Shown here: piece by piece, positions 27,070 through 34,577 of the stretch
Layout of the letters: each line of letters begins with the position of its first letter
Position numbering within the stretch: the first letter of the stretch is position 1
Source of the DNA: an uncultured Rhodospirillaceae bacterium
GTDB taxonomy: Bacteria; Pseudomonadota; Alphaproteobacteria; UBA8366
DNA length: 64,000 bases
Reading direction: 5' to 3'
NCBI GenBank assembly: GCA_964585785.1
Contig: CAZPFL010000001.1
Location: 3,219-67,218, forward strand
Program-made: the position numbers and the translations under genes
The notes under the pieces: generated by a model
Seen by the model: the letters and a program-made list of their open reading frames with translations, nothing else
Told to the model about the DNA's origin: nothing
Databases searched by the model: none

Positions 27070-27588
27070 ATGGCATTCTCCATATACGACGCATCCGTTC
27101 CAATCTGCGTGCAGCAACTTGGCGCCCTCGCGAACATCATCGATAAGGCTGCCGCTCACTGCGCAGCCAACAAGATCGAGGAAACGGCACTGCTCACCGA
27201 CCGGCTGTATCCGGATATGTTCTGCTTGGCTCGACAGATCCGTCAGTCGGCGGATTTTGGACGCAATACGCCCGGCCGTCTTGCCGGTGTCACGGGGCCG
27301 GAATTCGCGGCCGTCGACGACACCAGCTTCGCCCAGGCCAAAAAGCGCGTCGAGGACTCGCTCGCCTTCGTCAAGACCCTGACACGGGCGCAGATCGAGG
27401 GCGCCGAGGATAAGGACATTGTCTGGACCGCCGGCAGCAACACCCGGAAAATGAAGGGAGCTGCCTATTTGCAGCAGTTCGCTCTGCCAAACTTCTTCTT
27501 CTTCGTCACGACGGCCTACGACATCCTGCGCCATCGTGGTGTGCCGGTCGGCAAGCGTGACTTTCTCGGTCCGATCTCCATGGGCTGA
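27070..27588 (+). CDS. DUF1993 domain protein
   Basis: 172 aa. MAFSIYDASVPICVQQLGALANIIDKAAAHCAANKIEE...LYPDMF is typical of DUF1993. Preceded by GGAAAC. Confidence 0.8.
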   Translation: MAFSIYDASVPICVQQLGALANIIDKAAAHCAANKIEETALLTDRLYPDMFCLARQIRQSADFGRNTPGRLAGVTGPEFAAVDDTSFAQAKKRVEDSLAFVKTLTRAQIEGAEDKDIVWTAGSNTRKMKGAAYLQQFALPNFFFFVTTAYDILRHRGVPVGKRDFLGPISMG

Positions 27589-27778
27589 CGACATTCGGTT
27601 CCGGACACCGGTCCCAACGCCGTTCCATATGCGAAGCGGCGAAGGGTTCGCTTTTCAAGGAATAGCGAACAGGCTAGCGGCTGGCACCGACGCCGATGGC
27701 TGCTATCCGCAGACCTCCGAGCCTGCCAGCTCGACATGCGCTTTGCCGTCGAAGGTAGGCGTCCGCGCGCCAGACGAC

Positions 27779-27808
27779 GATGTCCGATTTTCACCCAATG
27801 CGGACATC
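27779..27808. repeat. REP-like palindromic hairpin unit
   Basis: GATGTCCG-N14-CGGACATC. On the minus strand it reads ATGTCCGCATTGGGTGAAAATCGGACAT. This resembles, from memory, the ATGTCCGC..TTGGG..AAA.CGGACAT palindromic intergenic repeat common in Rhizobiales. Only one copy is in this window. Confidence 0.4.
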
Positions 27809-27914
27809 AGGGGGCAGAGTCTTTCATTGCCCAACATTTTCCCGATGGGCGCACCAAGTAGGTTGCGGCCGCATTTTTCTGGCAAACGGCGCGTACAGCT
27901 TTACTGAAATTCGA

Positions 27915-28904
27915 TCAAGACCGCTCACGTTCGGCGCCGCGTTTTGAATCGCTCGCGGCCGGCGGGTCGCGACGCAGGATCTCCTCGATCGCTTCAGGGG
28001 CTTCCGCCACTTCCAGGCCGACTCGTTCCAGGGGTAGGGTCATCGCAATCCGGCCGTCCTTGTCGCCGAGCCCCCGGGCGATCGCCTCGGTGTATTCGCC
28101 AAGTGCCAGGTTGGCGAAGCGCATCGGCACATTCAGGTCGCGCGCGAGTTCCGTGGCGAGCATCATGTCCTTGTAATAAATCGATAGTGCCGCATTCGGC
28201 GGCGAATAATGCCCGGGCAGGAACTCATCGATCATCATGTCGAACGTGCGCCGCCGGCCTGACGCGCCCGACCGGAGCGCCTCCCACAAGGGCAGGGGTT
28301 CGGCGCCCGCCTTCAGCCCGAGCGCAAAGATCTCGGCCAGCACCAAGGTAAGCGTCTGACCGGCACAGTTGTTCACCAGCTTGGTGACGATACCGGTTCC
28401 GCTTGGTCCGACATGGATCAGCCGGTCGCCGATGGCTATCAGGACCGGCGCGTAACGCTCGAAGGAGGGCTTGTCGCCGCCGACAAAGATCGTGAGCTTG
28501 CCCTTCTGGGCGCCGATGGCGCCGCCGGTGATGGGCGCATCGAGAAAGTGGACGCCCTTCTTAAGGAAGGCGGCATGCAACGTCGCGACAACCTTCGGCG
28601 AATTCGTCGACATCTCGAAATGCGCCTGTCCCTTGCCGAGCCCGGACAAGACACCGTCCGGCCCAATGGCGACCTGCTCGACCGCTTCGATGGAAGGAAG
28701 GCATGTCAGAACGACGTCGCATTGTTTAGCGACATCCTGCGGATTGTCGGCCCATACCGCGCCTTGTTTGAGGTGCGCTGTGGCCGCTTCTTTCCTGATG
28801 TCGTTGACGACCAGCCGGAAGCCACTTGCAAGAATATTCAGGGCCATCGGACCGCCCATTGCGCCAAGCCCGATGAAACCGACCGTCGGCGATGCTTCAG
28901 TCAT
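27915..28904 (-). CDS. NAD(P)-dependent oxidoreductase, 3-hydroxyisobutyrate dehydrogenase family
   Basis: 329 aa. VGFIGLGAMGGPMALNI Rossmann motif and 6PGDH-type NAD-binding architecture. Confidence 0.85.
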   Translation of the reverse strand: MTEASPTVGFIGLGAMGGPMALNILASGFRLVVNDIRKEAATAHLKQGAVWADNPQDVAKQCDVVLTCLPSIEAVEQVAIGPDGVLSGLGKGQAHFEMSTNSPKVVATLHAAFLKKGVHFLDAPITGGAIGAQKGKLTIFVGGDKPSFERYAPVLIAIGDRLIHVGPSGTGIVTKLVNNCAGQTLTLVLAEIFALGLKAGAEPLPLWEALRSGASGRRRTFDMMIDEFLPGHYSPPNAALSIYYKDMMLATELARDLNVPMRFANLALGEYTEAIARGLGDKDGRIAMTLPLERVGLEVAEAPEAIEEILRRDPPAASDSKRGAERERS

Positions 28905-29132
28905 GTGCGCTCTTAGTTACCTCCTCCGATGGCTCGAATTTTCGTTTCGACACCATCGTATGTTAATGGCTTAGGGAAAGCGGAGCCATTGACCGAAGGG
29001 ACTCCAATAAAAGCGTTCCGCCGCAAAGCATATGGCATTGGGTAGTGGGAGCCGCGATCCCTACAGCCCGTCATTTCCGACGTCACCGGTCGCGTGATGT
29101 CGTTCCATCAACTGGATTGGGAGAGCTGTGTC

Positions 29133-29525
29133 ATGGACGCCCTCATTGGAATCTGGCGCCTCGTCGAGAGCAAGGCCTGGGACGAAACGGGGAACGGCCT
29201 GCCGGCGCCGTATGGGGCGCACCCGATTGGCCAGATTACCTTTACGGTCGAGGGAAGGATGCTGGCCGCTTTGTGTAACGGCGACGCGGATCCCGGCACC
29301 GGTGTCGATCGAGGCTACAGCTCCTACGGCGGCTTCTACACGCTCGATGGCACCACCCTGACCGTGGCCGTCGATATGGCGTCGGACGCACGGCGGATCG
29401 GCGGCCACCAGGTCCGCGAGGCAATTCTCGACGGCGAGCGGCTTCTGTTGCGGCCACCGCTGCGGCTCTATGGTGGTGTCATGCAGCAGCGCGAGCTTCT
29501 GTGGGAGCACATCTGGCGCCCCTGA
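29133..29525 (+). CDS. lipocalin-like domain protein
   Basis: ATG 29133 preceded by GGGAGAG. LIGIWRLVESKAWDETG...PIGQITFTVEGRMLA...YGGFYTLDGTTLTVAV...ILDGERLLLRPP is the lipocalin-like (PF13924-type) pattern. Confidence 0.7.
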   Translation: MDALIGIWRLVESKAWDETGNGLPAPYGAHPIGQITFTVEGRMLAALCNGDADPGTGVDRGYSSYGGFYTLDGTTLTVAVDMASDARRIGGHQVREAILDGERLLLRPPLRLYGGVMQQRELLWEHIWRP

Positions 29526-29538
29526 TCTCGTTAAAAAA

Positions 29539-29925
29539 TTGAAAGAAGCAGATCGCCAGGCAGGAGTTGCCCGTCTTCAGTGGCTTGCCGTGGAGGAAAA
29601 ACGTCGAAAGTTAGGGGACCGGCGCAGGGTGGAGCAGTCGATAGGGGAAAGTCGGGAGCACCTCGGACAGATCATCCAGCACTGGGCGGATGTGATGAAT
29701 GTGGAGCACTTCCTTGCCGGTGTTGAAATGCGTGCCTCCGGGATATCGGGTGACGAGCGAGACAAGGTACTCGAGAGACTCAAGCTCGCCCGCGAATTCC
29801 TCGGAACCCAGGACCCGCTGGATTTCTTTCTGGCGTGGAAGACACCATCGGAGCGGTATCAACCTCGCTATGCTGCGGATGACGCCGTCTCCGATGACGA
29901 CACGGATGACGAGGAAGATCTCTAG
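29539..29925 (+). CDS. hypothetical protein, probably a 5'-truncated remnant (coiled-coil, acidic tail)
   Basis: Coding-looking frame ...KEADRQAGVARLQWLAVEEKRRKLG...ERLKLAREFLGTQDPLDFFLAWKTPSERY...DDDTDDEEDL. There is no ATG near the 5' end (a TTG lies at 29539), and the frame upstream overlaps the lipocalin gene. Lies in a lower-GC patch. Confidence 0.35.
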   Translation: MKEADRQAGVARLQWLAVEEKRRKLGDRRRVEQSIGESREHLGQIIQHWADVMNVEHFLAGVEMRASGISGDERDKVLERLKLAREFLGTQDPLDFFLAWKTPSERYQPRYAADDAVSDDDTDDEEDL

Positions 29926-29989
29926 CCGGATGCTCGCTTATCCGCCGAGCGCATGCGAAACGCCATTCATCGATGCGCGCACGTGAGGT

Positions 29990-30165
29990 GAATTCCCTGT
30001 TCCTGCAGAAAATTTCCCTGTTCGGCGATTCAAAATGCCTGTTCTTGCATGTAGGGAAAATCGGCGATTCAACGCCTATTATCAGTGCGGTAAGAGGCAC
30101 TTCGCTGCGCCAAATTGCCCAATTTCGAGAAAATTCCCTGTATTTTCCCTGTTTAACAGGAAAAT
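29990..30165. repeat. phased array of TTCCCTGT-type motifs (iteron-like / protein-binding array)
   Basis: Direct copies at 29993-30000, 30014-30021, 30036-30042 (degenerate), 30134-30141 and 30145-30152. Inverted copies at 30051-30058 and 30156-30162. Spacings are 21, 21 and 11 bp. The last pair forms the near-palindrome TTTTCCCTGTT-T-AACAGGAAAA (30143-30164). TCGGCGATTCAA also occurs twice (30022, 30061). Confidence 0.65.
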
Positions 30166-30217
30166 GGCGGAGACGGGTTCGCCCCAAACTCCCCGCTCCA
30201 CCACTAATTTTCTTCTT

Positions 30218-30320
30218 TTATGTCAATAGCGCTACGAAGCCGCCGTAGCGCTTGCGCCACGTGTCGTAGGTCGCGTCGCTGATGCCGGCCTTGCGACGCG
30301 CACTCCCGGCATCGCGCCCA
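30218..30320 (-). mobile_element. relic of IS3-family transposase OrfA (HTH region fragment)
   Basis: Minus-strand translation gives ...GRDAGSARRKAGISDATYDTWRKRYGGFVALLT*. (H)GISDATFY.WR.KYGG is the conserved HTH block of IS3/IS407-group OrfA. The fragment diverges right after YGG and abuts the mug stop codon. Confidence 0.5.
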
Positions 30321-30336
30321 CCGTTCAAGTCCACCG

Positions 30337-30888
30337 TCAGGCGTGTAGCGCCATGCGTAGTTCGGTATAGGCCATCACCAGTGAGTCCAATGTGAAGCTT
30401 CTGTTGAGCCCGCTCGGGTTCGGCAGGACCCAGCCCATCGTTCCAGCGAACTCACCAGGAAGCCGGCCCCATGGCAAGTGGGGTTGCCGGAGCATTGCCG
30501 ACACCGCGCGCTTGCCGAGAAAGGCAACCGAGCGCGGCCCGTAGCGACGTATCTTCGCTTCGAATGTCGGCCGAGCAGCGACGAATTCCGCCAGTGCGAT
30601 CTCATCGGCCCGTCTGGTCGGCCGCCCAACGACGGCCGTGATGCCGCAGCCATAGGCGAGGAGGCGCTGTTCCTCGTGAGGCAGAAGGCGTCGGTTGGTG
30701 AAGCCGGCAAGATGCAGCACGGTCCAGAAACGGTTGCTGCTGTTAGAGAAATTATGTCCCGCCGCGGCTGCACTGGTCGCGGGATTGATGCCGCAGAACA
30801 CGACCTTGAGGCCTTCGGCGAGAATGTCCGGTTCATAGTTGGCCAATGTCCGCTCCAAACGCCCTGCTCCACCTTTTGAAATTATCAT
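30337..30888 (-). CDS. mug: G/U mismatch-specific uracil-DNA glycosylase
   Basis: 183 aa. VVFCGINPATSAAAAGHNFSNSSNRFW and GWVLPNPSGLNR are the Mug/TDG family motifs. Confidence 0.85.
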   Translation of the reverse strand: MIISKGGAGRLERTLANYEPDILAEGLKVVFCGINPATSAAAAGHNFSNSSNRFWTVLHLAGFTNRRLLPHEEQRLLAYGCGITAVVGRPTRRADEIALAEFVAARPTFEAKIRRYGPRSVAFLGKRAVSAMLRQPHLPWGRLPGEFAGTMGWVLPNPSGLNRSFTLDSLVMAYTELRMALHA

Positions 30889-30917
30889 TCCATATCAATA
30901 GCTCAACAGGCGATACA

Positions 30918-31098
30918 GGCGCTGTCTTTGGCTGCCGTGCCGGACCGTATGCGGGCAAGGCCAACGCCACGAAAGGGCCGGCGTTTTGCGCCCGATCGCG
31001 GACAATGTTTAGCCGATACCTGCCGATTGGATGTAGCATATGAGTCGTGCCAAATTATGAGCTGATCGAAGTAAAACGGCCCGGGTCGGCAAAGCGGC
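30918..31098. repeat. copy B of the unclassified ~180 bp intergenic element
   Basis: See copy A (21725-21904): same orientation, about 85 percent identical by hand alignment. Ends 33 nt before the start of the molybdoenzyme gene. Confidence 0.8.
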
Positions 31099-31131
31099 TC
31101 GTCACTGCGATTACGGAAGGGTTGAAACGGA

Positions 31132-33393
31132 ATGTCGATGACGACGATCTATGAGGCGCCGCGGCCCGCGGCGAAGCCGGGCGAGACGGTGGTGACCAGT
31201 ACCTGCGGCCACAATTGTGGCGGCCGCTGCGTCGTCAACGCCCATGTCGTCGACGGCAAGATCGCGCGTATTTCCACGGATACCCGGCGCTGGAACCCGG
31301 ACCACCCGCCGCTGCCGGCCTGCGCGCGCGGCGTCGGCCAGATTGAGCGGCTCTACCATCCGGACCGGCTGAAATTCCCGATGCGACGCACCGGTCCGCG
31401 CGGCTCCGGCCAATTCGAACGAATTTCCTGGGACGAGGCGCTCGACACCGTGGCGCGGGAGCTGATCCGCGTGCGTGCGCAATACGGGAATGCCGCCATC
31501 TTCGACGGCTCGCGATCCGGCAACACCGCCGCGCTGCACAGCCGGGCTGTGCTCAAGCGTTTCCTGCACATGTTCGGCGGCTGTAGCGATGTCTGGTCGA
31601 ACATGTCCTGCGAGGCCGAGCTTTTTGCCATTCGCAACACCTTTGGCCCGGCGGTGAACTACAAGGCCGCCGGGCGGGAGCCGACCGACTACGCCAACTC
31701 GAAGCTGATCCTGATGTGGGGCTGGTCGCCCGGCGACGGCACCTTCGGCACCGGGACCATGGCGTACCTGAAGCACGCCAAGGAACATGGCACCCGTATC
31801 GTCTGCGTCGACCCTCGCCGTCACCGCACCAGCAAGCAGCTGGCCGATGAACACGTCTTCATCCGGCCGTCGACGGACGCCGCGGCGCTGATCGCCATGG
31901 CCCAGGTGATCGTGGCCGAGGGGCTGCATGACCAGGCCTATTGCGACCGCTTTGTCCAGGGCTTCGATGACGCAACCTTGCCCGATGGTGCACCCGCAGG
32001 TTCGTCCTATCGCGCCTACTTGATGGGCGACGCCGACGGCATCGCGAAGACGCCGGAATGGGCCGAGCCGATCACGGGAATCCCGGCCGCAACGCTTCGG
32101 CGTTTGGCAATCGAGTTCGCCACCAGCAAGCCCGCTGCCATCCAGGGCGGCTACGGCCCGGGACGCACCGCCCATGGCGAGCAGTTTCACCGCGCAGGCT
32201 ACGCGCTGGCTGCGATCACCGGCAACGTCGGTATCGCCGGCGGCAACTCGGGTGTGAGCAACGGCGCCACAGGCCGCCTCGGCATCGGCTCCTTGCCGAC
32301 CGGCAAAAATCCGGTCGATTCTAAGGCGCCGACCGGCTTGCTGGCCGATTGGCTGATGAAGGGCAAGGCGGGCGGCTACCCGTCTGACATAAAGCTGATC
32401 TATGCCGCAGGCGGCGATCTGTTAAACCAGTCCTCGAACGTGGCCAAGATGGCGGCGGCGCTGGACAACGTCGAGTTCATTGTTGGCCAGGATCATTTTC
32501 TCACGCCGACCGTCCGGCACGCCGATATCGTGCTGCCGGCCACCACCTTCTGGGAGCGCAACGACGTGCACACGCCCTGGGCGGGCGCGGGGCATTACGC
32601 CATTTACATGCGACAGGCGATCGCGCCGATGTATGAGTGTCGCGACGATCTCGACATCCTGACCGAGTTGGCGCAGCGGGTCGGCATCAACGGCTACAAC
32701 CTGAAGACCGAAGAAGAGTGGCTTCGCGACTTTACGGAGGGCGTGATCGACGATTTCGACGCATTCAAGGAGCAGGGCGTCGCGCGGTTGCCCAAGCCTG
32801 CCGATGCCGTCGCCTTCGCCGCCCAGATCCGTGACCCGGAAAACCACAGATTCTCGACGCCGTCGGGCAAGATCGAAGTGTATTCGACGGCGCTTGGCGA
32901 GAACCCCGACCCGTACGGCCTCGGCAAGATCTCGCCCATCCCGACCTGGGTGCCGCATGCCGAGATCGCGGCGGACTCGCTCTACCCCCTACGGATCTGC
33001 AGCTCGAAGTCGCGCGCCCGTACCCACTCGATCCATGGAAACCAGTCCCGGCTGGCCAAGGTCGACCGCGACGATTTGTGGATTCACCCGGACGACGCCG
33101 CCCTCCGCGGCATCGAGGACGGCGACCGTGTGCGGGTGTCCAGCGCCCATGGCGCGACGTTGCTCCCGGCTCGCGTGACCGAGGACATCGCCCCGGGCGT
33201 CGTGTCGATGAAGGAAGGCGCCTGGTTCACGCCCGGACCCGATGGCGCCGATACGGTGGGTTGCGCCAATTCGGTGACGGCGGATACCACCTCGCCCGCC
33301 GGCGCAATGACCTACAACAGCAACTTCGTCCAGGTAGAGCGCGTTGAGACGGCCAGCGTGGCGGCAGCAAAGACGTCGTCGCCTACGACATAG
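31132..33393 (+). CDS. molybdopterin-dependent oxidoreductase (DMSO reductase family), cytoplasmic, with N-terminal Fe-S motif
   Basis: 753 aa. N-terminal CGHNCGGRC cysteine cluster, no twin-arginine signal, and DMSO/BisC-type blocks along the length, including a C-terminal molybdopterin-binding domain (VRVSSAHGATLLPARVTEDIAPGVVSM). Confidence 0.85.
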   Translation: MSMTTIYEAPRPAAKPGETVVTSTCGHNCGGRCVVNAHVVDGKIARISTDTRRWNPDHPPLPACARGVGQIERLYHPDRLKFPMRRTGPRGSGQFERISWDEALDTVARELIRVRAQYGNAAIFDGSRSGNTAALHSRAVLKRFLHMFGGCSDVWSNMSCEAELFAIRNTFGPAVNYKAAGREPTDYANSKLILMWGWSPGDGTFGTGTMAYLKHAKEHGTRIVCVDPRRHRTSKQLADEHVFIRPSTDAAALIAMAQVIVAEGLHDQAYCDRFVQGFDDATLPDGAPAGSSYRAYLMGDADGIAKTPEWAEPITGIPAATLRRLAIEFATSKPAAIQGGYGPGRTAHGEQFHRAGYALAAITGNVGIAGGNSGVSNGATGRLGIGSLPTGKNPVDSKAPTGLLADWLMKGKAGGYPSDIKLIYAAGGDLLNQSSNVAKMAAALDNVEFIVGQDHFLTPTVRHADIVLPATTFWERNDVHTPWAGAGHYAIYMRQAIAPMYECRDDLDILTELAQRVGINGYNLKTEEEWLRDFTEGVIDDFDAFKEQGVARLPKPADAVAFAAQIRDPENHRFSTPSGKIEVYSTALGENPDPYGLGKISPIPTWVPHAEIAADSLYPLRICSSKSRARTHSIHGNQSRLAKVDRDDLWIHPDDAALRGIEDGDRVRVSSAHGATLLPARVTEDIAPGVVSMKEGAWFTPGPDGADTVGCANSVTADTTSPAGAMTYNSNFVQVERVETASVAAAKTSSPTT

Positions 33394-33427
33394 TCGCCAT
33401 GCGGTTACGTCTCCTTTTCGAGAGTCG

Positions 33428-34411
33428 TTACCTGGAAGATTCGGCGCCGGGTAAGATAGCCACCCTGCCAGGCACGCCGGCCGCAACAGCGCGATAGGCA
33501 TCGGCGGCATCCTCCAGCCCCACCGTCCGGGCAATGATAGGGGGTTGGAAGCTTCCGTCCTCGAAACCCGGCGAAAGCTCTTGCAGTAAAAGGGCGGCGG
33601 CGGTCATGTCGCGTTTAAGCGTGTCAACGCCGAACAGCTGGCTTTCGTTGTGATAGAAATCCAGCAGATTGAAGTTTTGGCGCGGCTGTCCCGGCGAAGC
33701 GAGCACCGCGAGTCGCCCGCGATGGGTCAGCATGTTCAGTGAAGGTTCAAAGGTTGGACCGCCGACGGCGTTTAGAACGACATCGGCGCCCCGGCCGGAC
33801 GTCAATTCCCGGATCACTTCCGCTGCCTGTTCGGGAGGCGGCGTCACGATTCGATTGGCGAAGCGCGCAGCCGGTGCATCCGCTGGCGGCAATGTACGGT
33901 CGATCCCGATGACCTGCGCGCCGATCCGTCGTCCGATCTGGACGGCCGCGCCGCCAACGCCGCCGGCGGCACCGATCACGACGAGCGTTTCTCCAGGCTG
34001 GAGGGCCGCATAGGTGACGATCCCGAGCCACGCCGCGGTGAAGGTCACGCCGATGGATGCTGCCTGGGGATAGTTGAGGGACGCAGGTTTGCGTCGCAGG
34101 CTGCCGACGGGGACACGAATCAGTTCGGCATGACTGCCGTCAACGGCGAAGCCGCCATCTCCGGTTCCCCACACCGCCTCACCGATCCACTCGGCTGGGC
34201 CCGCCACAACAACGCCGGAATAATCGCGTCCGGGAACACGCGGCAAAGTCGTCTGCGGGAAACGCCCCGCTATATTGACAATGTCGGACGGGTTAATCGA
34301 GGCTGCCCGCACGGCGACCACCGCATGGTCGCGGTCCGGCTGTGGGTCCGGCACCGTCTCAACCCGCAAAACCTCGGGGCCCCCGAATTCATGGACTCTT
34401 AACGCGCGCAT
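33428..34411 (-). CDS. quinone oxidoreductase / zinc-type alcohol dehydrogenase family (MDR)
   Basis: 327 aa. MRALRVHEFGGPEVLRVETVPDP...AASINPSD and GAAGGVGGAAVQIG nucleotide-binding motif. Confidence 0.85.
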   Translation of the reverse strand: MRALRVHEFGGPEVLRVETVPDPQPDRDHAVVAVRAASINPSDIVNIAGRFPQTTLPRVPGRDYSGVVVAGPAEWIGEAVWGTGDGGFAVDGSHAELIRVPVGSLRRKPASLNYPQAASIGVTFTAAWLGIVTYAALQPGETLVVIGAAGGVGGAAVQIGRRIGAQVIGIDRTLPPADAPAARFANRIVTPPPEQAAEVIRELTSGRGADVVLNAVGGPTFEPSLNMLTHRGRLAVLASPGQPRQNFNLLDFYHNESQLFGVDTLKRDMTAAALLLQELSPGFEDGSFQPPIIARTVGLEDAADAYRAVAAGVPGRVAILPGAESSR

Positions 34412-34577
34412 GTGCGTCTCCTGGCGATAGTGCGAACGTCCAACGACCTAAAATACCGGCACTCTTCTTCGGAGGCTGGACGCGATCGCTGCGTCGTGCC
34501 TTTGGCGTCGTTAGGAACGCGCGCTTATAGTTGTAGAGGCAGGACCGAGGGAGAGCTACTTGGTGTCTCAGGAAAGT

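Noticed and set aside
26542-27594. 350 aa minus-strand ORF covering the DUF1993 gene and the spacer upstream of it.
   Set aside because: Half of it is antisense to a well-supported DUF1993 gene. The remainder is Arg-rich low-complexity sequence with no family resemblance.
29990-30165. Possibility that the TTCCCTGT repeats are a small CRISPR array.
   Set aside because: The repeat core is only about 8-12 bp, spacings are 11-21 bp rather than about 60 bp units, copies occur in both orientations, and no cas genes are nearby.
30167-30214. tRNA-like 3' end (GGAGACGGGTTCGCCCC...CTCCACCA) that could mark an integration site.
   Set aside because: I could not fold a T-arm (no 5 bp stem around a TTCRANY loop) or an acceptor stem in either orientation. 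The resemblance is limited to GGTTCG and a CCA.
30918-31098. The element upstream of the molybdoenzyme gene as a Moco riboswitch.
   Set aside because: An 85 percent identical copy sits upstream of a non-molybdenum dioxygenase gene. I also cannot recognise the Moco-motif conserved core in it. Only an Rfam scan could settle this.
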